From Cetorhinus maximus (lineage: Eukaryota): 64,000 nt of DNA. The notes under the pieces are model-generated. The model was not told the DNA's origin. It did no database searches and was given only the letters and a program-made list of their open reading frames with translations. Both the position numbers and the translations under genes were made by a program. The stretch spans positions 40,610,001 through 40,674,000 of the forward strand of contig NC_135896.1 in NCBI RefSeq assembly GCF_964194155.1, written 5' to 3'. Numbering within the stretch: the first letter of the stretch is position 1; the number at the start of each line of letters is the position of its first letter. This document shows, one piece after another, positions 62,723 through 64,000 of the stretch.

Positions 62723-64000
62723 TATTTTGGGGACATATTTTGTAGCTTTAGAGCAAACAAAACCTGTACTCTTCACCTCATTGGGAATGTAAACGATTTA
62801 CTGGGATGGTGTTTTGTTTATTTCATGTTTATTGGAGCTGAAAATCTTGGGTTGGGAACCCATCTCCCTATATTACATACAATTAAATGGAAAATCTTGC
62901 TTTGATCTAAATAGTTTCAATTTGAGTAGTGGTTTCAGGAATGTATCTATGACTTAAAACAGGGTATTGCTGTATTGAACTGTCATTGAAATATACTAAG
63001 ATTGATATATGAACTTAAATTTAAAATAGTGCTGTGGAAAATGATTGATGTTTATTTGCAGGTATAAACTTTGATGTCCTATTCCAGCTACAGGGATAAG
63101 ATAACTGGGATAAGATTATTTTTCATGTTTACTTTAAATAAATGGCTCACAGTTTGCTTGTCTGAGAGTGATGAGTTTTAAATATTTTAGCAATGCTGCT
63201 CCTTCTTATCTGTCTACATGCTATCTCAGTTATTGTCAGCATCATTCTTTAACACAAGGTCATCTTGTAACTGAAATTGCTCATTACTGCCTCCTCTGAC
63301 TGCTTTATGCCTATTGTCACTGCCTCAGACTGTCACTTTTACCCCCCCCCTGTCTCTTTTATTTTCTTAAGTACCTCATTATTCATCCTATTTTATACAT
63401 TGCATCCTTTGTATCAGTCTCCACTCTTATCCCTATAAATACTCTTCCATCTCTCAGGTCATTTCTGCCCACCCTACAAGCACTAACATGAAACAAGGCC
63501 TAATGGCCAAAGTATTGCTCCTAATCTTTTTTACTTTTTCAGTAAGTATCCTAGAATTGCCTGTGTTACCATCAACTCAAATTGAAGACTGTTCTCTGTC
63601 AAAACAGTTTCTGTTGCACTCCCCTCACATTTTCTGTTATTCAGTTCGGTTTTAACTGACATAAATTATCACCAATTTTGTCCGCGTTTAGTTTAGAAAA
63701 TCTCAATGCTTTTGCAGAGTACCACCATAATCTGAGGCATTTTGTGATGATGTAGATGGAGTGAGTGCATTGCTGTTCCTTTCATATGTTTTTTGTGCTC
63801 ATTTTTCCAAACAAGACTCCTTATGAGATTAGCTTCCTAGCTAAATGGATTAGCTGGTATCAATAAAACAAAATGATCATGCAAACCCTTTTTTTGCTCT
63901 ACACACTTCTCTACTTGCAGCAATATAACCGGAAGTTTTTGAGTTGCATGTCAAACCTCCACAAAGGATAGTTTTCTGAAGATTAGAGGGAGCAATCAAT

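Overview
Eukaryotic, repeat-dominated window. The repeat families (CR1, L2-like, RTE, Penelope-like, Deu-domain SINEs, Gypsy, PIF/Harbinger) suggest a cartilaginous fish (shark) genome; this is an inference. The main structure is a PIF/Harbinger DNA-transposon family at several stages of decay. It includes one near-complete two-gene element (17120-22268: DDE transposase plus a convergent 3-exon Myb/SANT partner gene), two Myb-retaining derivatives with no recognisable transposase, three short derivatives keeping only Myb exon 1, and several MITEs, most with 3-bp TSDs. Also present: a non-autonomous gag-protease Gypsy element, two solo LTRs each hosting a Harbinger, Penelope-like fragments with minimal hammerhead-ribozyme motifs, a 636-bp fold-back element with a hammerhead-like motif on each strand, and a SINE-head/CR1 chimera under one TSD. 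The only host-gene candidate is a minus-strand terminal exon at 62323-62477. Most short ORFs in the track are repeat-derived noise. Coordinates were read by eye; boundaries of old repeats are approximate.
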